A stretch of 64,000 bases of DNA, from positions 6,371,519 through 6,435,518 of the forward strand of contig CM082578.2 of NCBI GenBank assembly GCA_040954595.2. Direction: 5' to 3'. The notes beneath the pieces are model-generated. The model ran no database searches and was not told where the DNA came from. It saw nothing but the letters and a program-made list of their open reading frames with translations. This document shows positions 1-12,300 of the stretch, piece by piece (position 1 is the first letter of the stretch; each line of letters opens with the position of its first letter). Made by a program: the position numbers and the translations under genes. The stretch is from Balanoglossus misakiensis (lineage: Eukaryota > Animalia > Hemichordata).

Positions 1-459
1 TGCTGCCAGTCTTATGTCCAACAGAATCTAGCTACGACAATGATTACCGGTAAGTAGATTTCAGCACCTGGAGTGTATTCTCAATGGTAAAGTCGTTAAA
101 AGTCTTCATGGTTTAAAACAAATTTGTCTTGTGTATCAACCAGTTGCTTGTTCTGAGATATGCTCTTTAGCTTGGCAAACACAAACTAACTGTGTCTACT
201 GTAGAGTGGCAAGTATTTCACTGTTAGCAGTTAAAATTTGATTGTCAAGAATAGCCACACACATTATGCATTATATATAGACTATGTTACAAAAGTTGCA
301 TATTTGGTGTTTCAACACCTGCGAGATCAGTTGCTTAATATGCAAAATAAAAATATTACGTATATTTAAAAAAATTCTGGCTCTTCAACCATTGCAGCAG
401 CCAAGCGTTCGTGCTGGAGTTACAGCTTTCAAACCACAAGGTGACCTTGAAAAGGTTTT

Positions 460-3400
460 CTAGGTGTCCACCGTGGTCTCAGTTGGCACGTTGGGGGCGC
501 GTTCCCTTTGACAGCAAGCCATGTTTTTGACATCTTTTATGAAGAGAGGGAGTATACACAACATCGTGAGTGCCGTCTAAAATGAAGAAAAGGGGGAGAT
601 AATCAAAAAAGATCTGACAGATCACATCAAACATGGACAGACGTTGCAATATTTGTCACTCACAAAAATAACCCATTTTACAGTATCTACGGTACAAAAT
701 GCTTCAATCATCAAATGGCCATAAACACAATATGCTTTTGCAATTTCCTAGGCAAAATTGAGACGCATCATGTTTACAATGTAACTAGCATCTCAAAAAA
801 ACAACATGTAGAATGAGCATTTCATTTACTCACCATTAGAATAAAAAGATAAAACACCCAGTACCAGCCAAGGTGGAGCTGTATCACAGGTACCAAAAGC
901 TGTTTACAGAAAAAAAGATCATGAATATTAAAAAAAACATCATCCTTTGCAAGGTTGTTGAACTGCTCACCAGATGACATCATAGTGTCTGAAGCCAGTC
1001 CTGCCAGATCTTGAACCACAAGAGGGCGCTTTACTGGAACACTAATATATGATATTACGGCAATCATTGAAGCAAATACATGAAAGATAGCCATTCAAGA
1101 TCAAACATTCCCAAAATGAAAAAAAAACACCTATGGATTTGCCAATAAAGTCGAGTACTAAAAACTACTGAAAATACTAGGGCAATGCAAGGACAGTGTT
1201 GATTCTGCGGTATCCTACAAAACCCCAGGTCACAATTACTGTACCAAGAACAAAGCAAACACACAGCATGGGGGACGACATGATACAAAAACTTAGAGCA
1301 AAGCATCATGGGATATCCACATGGAAGACCCCAGGGGGTGTCTCACCTGACCAATAGCAGCACCAACGCTACCAGTGCCGTCAACGATGCCTGTCACAGT
1401 GGACAAAGCCTCGCTGCTACCTCGGATCTTGTCCTGTCGGCCGAGATCGGCAGACACTGCGGCACTGATCAAGTTCGCAACACCACCAATAAAAAATCCT
1501 ACATGGAAAAATGAAAAGTGGAAGGTTCAATACACATCCGGGAAACTAACACTGCGCAGTCACTTTGACCCCCATTGCTCTACAAAGAGGATTAAGATGG
1601 TGTGACATTCACCACAGTTGTCAGATCAAATAATATTCTTGTATAAACTTGAAATCAGTCAGAATTTTGTTCCCACTGGTCCCTGGTATTCAGCATGTAG
1701 TGTGTAGTCTGTCATCGGTGGAGTTGATTATTCAAAGTTCAACATGTGGCGGCCATTTTGGATACAGGTGTGTCGGCCAACGTCACTAAAAACCACTGAC
1801 CAACATCAGTTTTATTGCCCTTCTTATCAGTGCTTTTGAACTGATGCTATGAACAGGATGAAAGAAACAGTGGGATCGGGTTGTTTAACACATCAGCATG
1901 TTCAAGTAATGGCTTAATCTGAACATTAGGACAGACGGCCTCTGTCCGTGACAACCCCACCTGTAAGATATGATGTCTTATGCAACAGATAACCTTTGGC
2001 CCTCCTGTCACTTGAAAAGGGTCACCTTGACCTTGAATATCTGTAACTCTACTCACCTGTGACTGCCATTAAAAAGCCATTGACATCCTTATTATTGGGG
2101 GACACTGCAAAGGAAGAAATTACAAACCAAGGATTAATCAACTCTAAAAGACATTAGCAGAAATTCAATAAGTCTGTCAGTTATCATATGAACATCTCTT
2201 GTATGTATTCTGCCAACTGCTGGAATTAAAATACATGGCTGTCATCAATCATAGCATAGCTTAACGACTAAATAATGCAGCGGACAATTTAGAAAGAAAG
2301 GTTTCATGCATCTCACTGCACTAATTTCTCAAGGTAGCAAAGATGATAAATCCATCCGAAAAATTATAGATCGTTAAGGCAACTAGTCGGTGGAATGATT
2401 TAAGATGAATCAAAAGATATGTTTTCAATTTCTGCAAAATGCACCAGTGGTTTCAAAGGGATTCAGATGTTGAGTTGTACACATATCAAGGCCAAGTTGA
2501 CATTGGTTCTTAACTTTGAAGTCAGTTATAGTGAATTTGACAAGTATTATTATTATAGAAGAGTGGACCACAAAAGAGGAAAGTGCCACATATTTTTTTC
2601 AATTTGCGAGTTCATTTTTGGGTCAGAGTTTGTGTACTACATATTGCAAACCTCTTCCAATGGTAATACTGCTCTTGAAATGCACTTTGAAAATTTTTGT
2701 CAGGGAGATAAAGCAAAATTAAATTCAATCAAAATGCCAATATATGTCATATGCAGCTCGTAATATGTGTGTGTTAAACCCTTTCACCACCATGGTTTAG
2801 TCCAAACCCAAGGTAAGACCTCTGAAGAGGGTTAAACAAATCTGGCAAAAACTTACCACTGTAAATGTATAAAGAACCAATTGACAAAGCCAACATGGTC
2901 ATTAGCACCGGTGACCTTGACCTCATTCTGTCGGATATAAAACCACCTATAGTGCCACCTGTGAAAGAAACCAATAAACAAAGTCTTAGTATTGAAGGAG
3001 GGAGGAATCTGACGATTGGCAATCAATGTGCAAATCTGATCAGTGCAAAGACTGTAAATGAACCATTAAAAAACAATCTGTTTCCTCACCTATGATTCCG
3101 CCAATGTCATAAAATATGCTGATCTCATCAGCCGATTTTTCCTTCCAGCCGAATTTGTTGTGCAGGTAAAATGGAAGCCAGAAGAAAAAGGAGTAATTGA
3201 CCAACTTCAAACAGGCGTACGACAAGGCATACTGAGGGGGAAAAAACACATAAAAAATGATAAAATTACAAACATTAAAAATGTCTAAAAATTGATTTGA
3301 AAATGAAGTAACTGGGACTGAATCAAATAGTTGCAAATTGATCTTGTTTTACATATCTGCTCAAGAAATGTCCTCATAAAATTTATAATTATACTCACAA

Positions 3401-6400
3401 GTATTACGCCTGGCAACAGAACTGCTTGCAAGAATCCTATCGCTTTGGGTCTTTCTTGACTTTTGCTCAGCTCGTTACTGGAATGAGTGATGACACATTC
3501 TTGGTCCGATCCCTCAGAGTCTTCTCCAAATTCACGGAGCAGTGGATCTGTGGAAGATGGTATTTCGTGATCAGGATTATCATGTTCACCATGATTTAAT
3601 CATCATCATCATCATCATCGTCGTCATTGATGATAATGGTGGTAATGATAGAGAACCAACCAAGTCTGATCACCAGATTTGACAAAAATCATGCATAATG
3701 TTACATTATGTGTGTACCTCTTTCTTGAATGGAAGTTGTGATAACTTCTTCATCAGCCTCAGGTAATCCTACAAAAAGAAACATTAAAAGAAACTTTGTA
3801 CTTATTGAACTCTTCTTCCCAACCTCAAAAGTACAGCTATGACCAAAATACATTTTGCTTTCTTTCCCCTGTGTGTACATTTTGAAAACATTTTCTAATC
3901 AGAAATGCTGCAGTTCATGGCTGGTATGATGCATTTTTGATCTAATTGCAGCCTAGTACTATGAAATTTAAACTTGCTCAAAATCCAAAATTCACTGGCC
4001 CTATCCATCAAGCATTCCAAAACAGGATTGGTCTAAAAGTCATCTGTTCAAATTAACATTGATCTGCATGAAACTGAAATTATATATGTTTGAGAAAGCG
4101 TTGCTATAAAATAACAGCTATCACTATTGCATCACTGAAAGATTTCAATTGTCTAATTTCATACTTCACTTCAATGTTCTTCACTTCAGTTTCCATGGAA
4201 ACCAGACCACGACAATTACATCACACTTACCAAGCTCTTTTGGTGATGGAACCAAAGCAAAGAAATTTATGACACCACCAGCAAACAACAGTGTTGATGT
4301 AAATAAGAATGTGTACTGTGAAAAAAAGCAGAAATGAATGAGTTGAACATGAAAAGTCAGTCGTAAAGAGATGAGCAGAGATGTTACAAGACGAGGTGAA
4401 GTAAGATGAGGTAAGTGAACAATCAGGCTGAATCAATTGACATATCAAAACCTATTCTGTCAAGTGACCACTTCACATTGCATGCACATTTGTACCATGC
4501 ATGTATTAGTCTCCTTGAAACAAACATAACTATCTCTCTTGGAATTACCGATGCATTTCTGAAATGACCACGCATTACCCCTTGCATTCCCTGGAAATTG
4601 TTCAAAAACAAAAAAGTGGCTTCAGATTCCATCTGCTTTACAATGGTTCAAAGGCATTCTTCATGACAGTGACCTTGGATGACATCACGATCTTGGTCTA
4701 ACAGGCCAGACATCCAAACTTTGTCATCTCTATAAGACTATATTTGATATCATTCGATATCCTCTTTAATTTTCTTGTTCAACAGGACAGTGAAGTTAAT
4801 TACCTCATAGCCATAATCTAGTACTGATGCGGCCATCAAAGCTCCCAAAATATTCCCAACCGATGCAGTGGCACTCCACAAACCTAAAACAAACCCACGA
4901 CTGCAATCAAAGAAGAAGAAAAAAATAATTACATTTAATCAGAAAGTCCTCGCGTAGATGTTCTATTCACACACAATTTTACTCAATGATATATTGCATT
5001 CAAAATCTACTGAAAAAATATATACATAATGTATAAAGTTAACATGGAAGTGTTGAAATCAAACTATATGCAACTTTCTTCTTCAAAATCATACAAATCT
5101 CCCATATCCCTGATAAATTGCAAGTCTCCTAATATTAATATCTGTGACATGACTACTACTACTATACTTTCAATTAAACGGTGGAAAAATAAAACTGTTA
5201 TGTAACCCTGGTCTGCTATGAAAGCATTACTCGGACTGTTGTATTTCATAACAAAATAAACATCCAATATGCACTCATAACACTTACCTTGACTTTCCAA
5301 ACCAATTTCCCATCACAGCCACAACGGCTGGCCATCCAGTGCTTTGGCAAAAACCATTTAAAATCCAGAACACGATATAGTAAGCTTTGTTGTAAATACC
5401 AAGCCATTCACTCACACACCCAAACATGAAAACCTGCAATGACACATTAACATCTACATGTATATATAACACTATATATTTATCAAAAACACACTCTTGA
5501 GTCTTGTGTGAGTTTTTTTCTCTTCTGTTGATAAGCACCACTATTGCAAAGATATATCTGATAATATTATCTACCAAGCAATCTAACATTTACAAAACAC
5601 AATGCAATCTATAGCTTACCATCACAGCTGACGAACACATTCCAAATGCTAGAACTTTCCGCAGGTCAAATCTAGAAGAATGAAGAAAAATGGAAATTGT
5701 CAGGCTCTTTTCATGTGGTTATTAACTTTATTATTGCAGGATGATAGATGTGAAATGCCTGCATTTGTGATTTTTAAACAACTATTTATTCAACATTTGA
5801 ATTGAACAGAAATCAACACATGCTCAGCAAATTTTGTCAGAAAATTTGTTGAGATATGCAAACACCTCCCAAACGGAAACAAAATTTTGACCACCACCCT
5901 CAATGCATAAACAAAAGGACAGAATCAGAATGACAACGTAAGTCTTTCAGAATATATTCTGTAGATTATGTCTATTCGTGTCTTAATTAAAGATAAATGC
6001 CAAATTTGTCCAGTCCCTTCAACAACCAACTTCACTGCTGGATATGACAGCGCCCCCCAGAGTTCAAACCTTCAAATCCACTTAGAACAGCACATTTTTT
6101 GCTTCTAAAATACGGTGCAACATTTTTTATCATTTTCCCTAGTTTTTCTCTTTAGACCAAGATGACATAGTTTCTACTGTCAGCAAGTATTGATCAAAAT
6201 TTTAGAAAAATACATGATAAAAGTGTCATTGAAAGGGTAAGAGGGCCACCATTAATGTACACACCCATAGCAAATGTTGTTTTATCATCTCACCTGTCAC
6301 CAAGGAAACCACTGATGAAGAGACCAATTGCATATGCTGCCAGGAATACAGAATCTAACACACCGAGGAATGGCTCAGCCCCATCTTCGTTCTCAAAAAA

Positions 6401-7346
6401 GCAGTGATCATTCCAAATCTACAAGACAAGAAAATTTTTTTTTTTTCATATTATAAGACCAGATGGTTAGTTGCCAAAGTTTAAACATGTTGATTGATCA
6501 ATTGATTGATTCATTTATTCACTGATTGAGAGACTTTCTAATGAACATTGTTTAGCTTGGTGAAATCAGTCTCAAGAATCAACCAATAAATAGAATGCAA
6601 GAAAGGCGTAAGTTGCAACTTAGAACATGAATTGACTGAACTAAAAGTTTCATACCTCATCAGGGTGTACAGTCGGGATTGTTGCATTATGGAACGTCGG
6701 GGTCCATTCATCGGATAGTGTACTCTTCACATTGCTGAAGGTTTTCCTGCTTGCGTGGAACAGTGCATAGCTGCAATGAAAGTGGGGTGGAGATAGTTCA
6801 ACAAACAATCAATCTTGTTGGTTTATTTCTCCCATGGGGGTAGTAGCAGGGCAGCATTGACAATGTCTTCCATCTATAGATCGGTCGCAACAGAATGTTG
6901 TTTATCTCCATCAGTTTACACACACCCTCAGCTACATTACATGTTCTACTGTGCAGCATTTATGCAATACATGTACTGGTGGGAGCATCTGTGGGTGTTT
7001 CGACGTGAGCTGAGACGCGACTGAATGTGGCTACTGTTGTTCACCCTACACATGCTACATCTGTGACTTTTCGGCGAACGTATGGAGCGATCGTGTAATA
7101 AACGAGGTCGCGCCGTCGCTGTGGTCGACTATGGGTCTTCGATTTCAAATTGAACTGAAACCAACCCGGAAGTAATGCGCACAACACACATCACACTTGA
7201 CTCTCGCATTTACCTGACAAATCCTATACAATTCACATAATTAAAAACGTTGGATTCTCACTTTACCTGAAAAATGTTAGGAAGAAGACGGTTATATGAT
7301 AAAATTTACAACGTTCTGAAACGCTGCCTCCGCGACAAATCGCCAT
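460..7346 (-). CDS. SLC37A3: Sugar-phosphate exchanger 3 (MFS, SLC37 family), 15 coding exons
   Basis: Exons read from the sequence, all GT-AG: 7267-7346, 6656-6770, 6294-6418, 5620-5671, 5288-5433, 4804-4900, 4231-4315, 3718-3768, 3399-3547, 3090-3231, 2857-2958, 2057-2104, 1347-1498, 834-899, 460-576 (TAG). Family motifs: SYALFHASRKTFSNVK, QSTGWPAVVAVMGNWFGKS, YACLKLVNYSFFFWLPFYL, ALSTVTGIVDGTGSVGAAIGQ. Confidence 0.93.
2774..2835. mobile_element. Short TTAA-flanked piggyBac-like MITE remnant
   Basis: ttaa-acccttTcaccaccatgg...gaagagggttaa; related copies at 47403-47494 and 55476-55511. Confidence 0.5.
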
Positions 7347-7404
7347 TCTGCATCGCTGTTTATACCTGGCGATTCAACTGAAGCACTATGGGTAGTGTCT
7401 TGCA

Positions 7405-7450
7405 AGGTCATAAAGGTCATACACCAATCACGGTCCTGGACAAAATGGCG
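7405..7450. promoter_or_regulatory. SLC37A3 proximal promoter motifs (AGGTCA direct repeat with 3-nt spacer, CCAAT box, YY1-like site)
   Basis: AGGTCAtaaAGGTCA 7405-7419, CCAAT 7424-7428 and CAAAATGGCG 7441-7450, about 60-100 bp upstream of the ATG at 7346. Confidence 0.4.
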
Positions 7451-7670
7451 ACGATGAATGGTTATTGATTTGGGATGGCTGAGTTCTTATATAATTGTGC
7501 AAACAGAAAACAGCAAAGAAACCACCGTATGGGCTACAACTACAGCAGTTTATGTATGTCATCACTGCTTGCAGATATGTGAAGTATTTTTACCATGTAG
7601 TAAAATGTTGTAGTCACAAACGGGATTAGGCCTACGCACTCAGCCTAAACGGGCCCCGAAAATGATCTAT

Positions 7671-7775
7671 CCACAGGCGGCGGAATACCTAGCCTGATAT
7701 AACATGTAAAGAAGAAATTTCTTCTTTTATACAGGTTATATCAGGCTACAGTCAGTGGTATTCCGCCGCCTGTGG
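7671..7775. mobile_element. Nested palindromic (hairpin) MITE
   Basis: Outer arms ccacaggcggcggaatacc / ggtattccgccgcctgtgg. Inner arms tagcctgatataac (7690-7703) / gttatatcaggcta (7735-7748) surround aaagaagaaatttcttcttt. Confidence 0.65.
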
Positions 7776-9375
7776 GTCTATCTGGTTGCCTAGTTACACT
7801 ACAGGGTTTTCTACGTCTGGCACAGAGGGCGCTTTCACGACCACATGCATCATACTCAAGAAAAGTCAATGTATAGAGAACACACACACAGTTCGACAAA
7901 TATAAAACAGGAAGAACTTGAAACATGAAGTGGCGTGTTCTCTGTAGTTGGGAAGAAAAGGTTCTTACGCATACTTGGGAAAATTCCATTATAAACGCAT
8001 TGTAACCATTACAGAGGGGCTTTCCATCACAGTTTGATATATATTGTATCGTATAAAAATATTGTTTGAACAAGAAATTTGCGATTAAAAATATTTTGTC
8101 ATTAATTACACAAGCTACCCCAAGCTTACCGTGAAGAAATTTCGCAGTCAACGTCGGTATGACGTTACGATCATCGCATTTATTATTAAACGTTTCACAA
8201 TGAGTCACGTGACATTTTAAAGTGAAGTCGCTTGACTTTCAATTATGAAACAGTCTGTAATCTATTGATGTTTTTTTTTTCTCGGGAAATTGGCTTTTTT
8301 CTTTACATGTCTTTATTAAAGCACTTTTGAATTATTAATTTCGGAAATTTTCATAAAACACCGATACCTAATAATATTGTAATCGTTAATACCACACGCC
8401 ACGCTTACGTAAATAACACAATCACACACGTATGCGTTAGACATGAGCTTTTAATAAATCGTGCTCGAGTTCCTTCATGATTGAACCAAAATATATATAG
8501 AAATGGGATAAACTGTACACTCTTAACAATATTATGTACATATCAATATGTGCTTTCATTTTTCAAAGACTTTCGGCACTTCGATGAGTTGTAAATTCTG
8601 ATAACGAGTTGTGTCAATACAGAGTTGATGGCAATTACAATTGTGCAGAAAAAAAGTCAAGTTAAAAGTTACTGTGTTAAAAATTCAGATTTTCAAATTT
8701 TGAAACCGGTATTCAGATTAATTTTGATATCAAAATATTAACCATTCTGAGTGTGTCTTTTCTGATACAAAAGCGACGCTTTTTCATGTATACTTCCTCG
8801 ATTTATTCCCCTGCGGACTAAAATGCCAACGGACGCTATGCTATAGGAATGGGTTACCCCGTTTGTCCGAACTTATTTACACGTACAATACTCATTGGCT
8901 AAGTCTATGAGGCTAATTGTATTACTAGTCTATACTTAGTACAGTAATAAGTTAGCTCAAAATTAAATCGAAATTAATTTGTATCTACAAGCGTGTATCT
9001 GTAATTTTTATGCCGGCTATCCAAGTCCGTAAATTATTTTATTCCAATGTGTCATGATGATTATTTCCAAGATAGTTTGGCAAATTCTGCTATATCGATA
9101 AATGTACCCTAATCGTTCGTTAGTGGACTCTTGGTAAACAGTCAGTGTCGAGAGCTGCTCTTTTTAAAGCTTCGAGATTGTTTTGAAATAATTATGCCGT
9201 TGATAAAAGTCAATTAGTTCATAGTCGTGGAGATTTTGATAAAGCATTAAAATGTCATGATTTCGCCAAAAGTTTTCTCCGTTTCATAGTCTGTGAGAGT
9301 TAAACGTGTAAATGTGCAGCTATCTTTGATGATGTTGTCGTAAATGCGAGTGCCTATAAAGCTATACATAGTAAA

Positions 9376-12300
9376 TCAGGTGCTCCTTGTTCGGCGTTTG
9401 ACGAATTTCGACAAACAATCGTCTCGGGTCTTCTTGGTCTCGCGGTACTCTTCGTGACCCTCGCCGTAACTGACTTTGGCCATCTCCACGGCTTCGTTGT
9501 AGTAGGCGATGCCGATGTCCGGGTCGCCGATGGAGCAGTAGAGAAAGGCCAGCTCCTTCAGCGACTGCACAATGTCCGGGTGGGCGGCGTTTTCGCCGAA
9601 CAGCAGCCGCTTCATGATCAGGGACTCCTTGTGGTAGAGTATCGCCTTGGCGTGTTGGCCGATGTGCGTCTGTATCAGGCCCATGCTGTGCAGCGACTGC
9701 GACACGTCCGGGTGGACGGCGCCGTACGGCAAGATGTGACTGTACATGCCCAGGGCGGCCTCCATGAACTTCAGCGCGTCGGTGTAGTCGCCCCGCTTGT
9801 CCAGAACGCTGCCGATGTTGTGCATGGCGCGGGCGACGTCCGGATTCGGCGTGTCCGAGCCGTATATCTTGATTTTCATCTCCAGGGCTTGCCTGTAGTA
9901 GCGCTCCGCCTTCTTGTAGTTTTTCAGCGAGTCGTGCGCGTTGCCCAGGTTGTTGAGAGACCAAGCGACGTCCTTGTGGGCCACGTCTTCCCCGTAAATC
10001 TGCTTCTTCATCGTGAGGGCCTCCTCGTGATACAGGACCGCCTTGTCCGGATCTCCCAGGGCGTCCCACGCGTTGCCAAGGTTACTGAGAGACGCGGAGA
10101 CGTCGGGATGCACCGGGCGGGGTTTGCCGAAGATTCTCCTGTACAAGTCCAACGCCTCGTCGAGGTAGTCTATGGTTTTCCTATACTCGCCTAGAGTTCC
10201 CCAGGCGGAGCCGAGGTTTACAAGAGACGATGCGATGTGCGGGTGGGCCGTCTTCGCCCCGAAGATTTTCCGGCACATTTTCAAGGCCCTCTCGTGGTAG
10301 CTTATCGAGTTGTGACTGTCGCCCTTGGCAAACGCCGCGTTGCCGAGGTCGCTGAGTGTCTTGGCGATGTTCACGTTCACTGCCTCGATGCCATAGAGAC
10401 GGGTGTAAACACTGAGTGCCTTCTCGTGGTAGTTGATGGCTCTCGTGTACTCTCCCGTCGTGTCCCACGAATTTCCCATGTCGCCGTAGGTGGAGGCTAT
10501 TGCGGGATGCGGAAAGTCTTCCCCGTAGACTTTCTTGTACTCATCGAGCGCCTGCTCGTAGTAGCTGATGGCGTCCTTCTGTTCGCCCAAGGAATCCCAC
10601 ACCTTGCCGATCAGACACCGAGTCTTTGCGACGCGGGAGTTTGGGACCTCCTTGCCGAAAACGTACTCGTAGAGATTCAAAGCCCGGGCGAAATGGGTAA
10701 CCGCGTCTTTGAACTCCCCGGTCGCGCGGTGACATTCCCCGATGCGACTCATGCAGTCGGCGATCTGCACCAGGGACACGTCGCTGGTGCTGTTGCTGTA
10801 CATATCCAGCGCCATGGAGTGGAATTCCCGGGCTTTCTGCACGTCGCCGAACGACTGCCACATGCACCCCAGGTTGTCCAGCGACACGGCCACGTTCGGA
10901 TGCGCCACCTGGTTGCCGTGGATCCTGCGGAAGATGTGTATCGCTTCGTCGTGGCACGCCAGGGCCTTGTGCAGGTCTTGGAGACCGCGGTACGCGTTGC
11001 CGAGGTGGTTCAGCGTCACCGCTATCTCGGGCTCCTCTTTGTTGCCGCCCGTCAGCTTTATCAAGATCTCCAGGGCACGCATGTGGAAATCCACCGCAGA
11101 CTCGAGCTTCCCGAGCTCCGACTGCATGACACCGATTTTATTCAGCACATCGGAGATGTTGTAGTGCACCGTGTTCTCGGCGTACACTTCTTTCCACATC
11201 TGCAGCGCACGCTGAAAGTACAACAGGGTCTTTCTCGGGTCGCCGAAATGATACCACGCAACGGCCAGGTTGTTCAGCAGGACCGCCAGCTCGGGCGTCG
11301 CCGTTGGTTGCCGGGTGCCTTCGAAGAGCGCGACGACAGAATTCTCGGCCTGCGTCAGCAACACTTTGAGTCCCGCGAAGCTGCCGAGTCTCGCGTGGAG
11401 AAGCTTCTTTGGGTCCTGCTCGTCGTCCCGCGGGGTCAGCTGAAAGGTTTTGTTGCTTCGCGGGGTGGAGCTGGCTGACTTGTCTTCGAATTTTTCTTTC
11501 GGTATGATGGATCGGGGCGAGTCCTTCTTGCCCATGGCGTTGTAGTTGAAAGTAGCGTCCTTCAGGATGCGGGAACGGGGAGAGATGTTCTTCTTGTGCG
11601 GCCTGCGGATGACCATTTCCTTGGGCGCATCGGGGCCCTTTCCGTCCGGCCTGCTGCTGTCCGGTTTCTCGTCGGTCTTGTTCAGTTTTCCCGTCTTGAA
11701 AATGACGCAGATGACACTGACCAAATTCGCGTGGTCTTGCGGGTCCTCCGCCAACAATTCCCGCAAGCAGACTTCGGCTTCGACGAACTGTTTCAACCGC
11801 AGGTGTATCTCGACGCGCGTCTTCAGGGAGTTGTCAAACAGCGGGTTGCCCATCAGCGCCCTCTGGTCGACGTTCTCGTCGGACGCGGAGAACAGAGTCC
11901 GCTGCACCGTGTCGCAGAGCGGCAGCATGATGTTGTAGAAGTTGAACAGCGCCGCCGCATCGGTGAAGTTGTCGTACACCTTCGGCATTTCCCGCGACAT
12001 CTCCGCGCTGTGCAATTGGACGTGGTGTCGCAGCCGCCGCTCCAGGATGAACGAGATGACGACGTGGAGGTTGTGAGTGGCGTCCGGGGATAGAATCCGC
12101 CTGCGCCTCAGATCGTCGACCGCCTCCCAGGGACTGTTGTACTGCGCCCCGAAGTAATCCGCGAGACCGTAGACCATGCGAAGAAAAGTCTGCAGGTCTT
12201 GGCCGACCGTGTATCTCTTCTTGTCCCCTTCTATCCCCATGGTGAACTTGGTGACCAATTGGAGGAGGGTAGAGCGCGCCCTCTCCGACCCGATGGTGGG

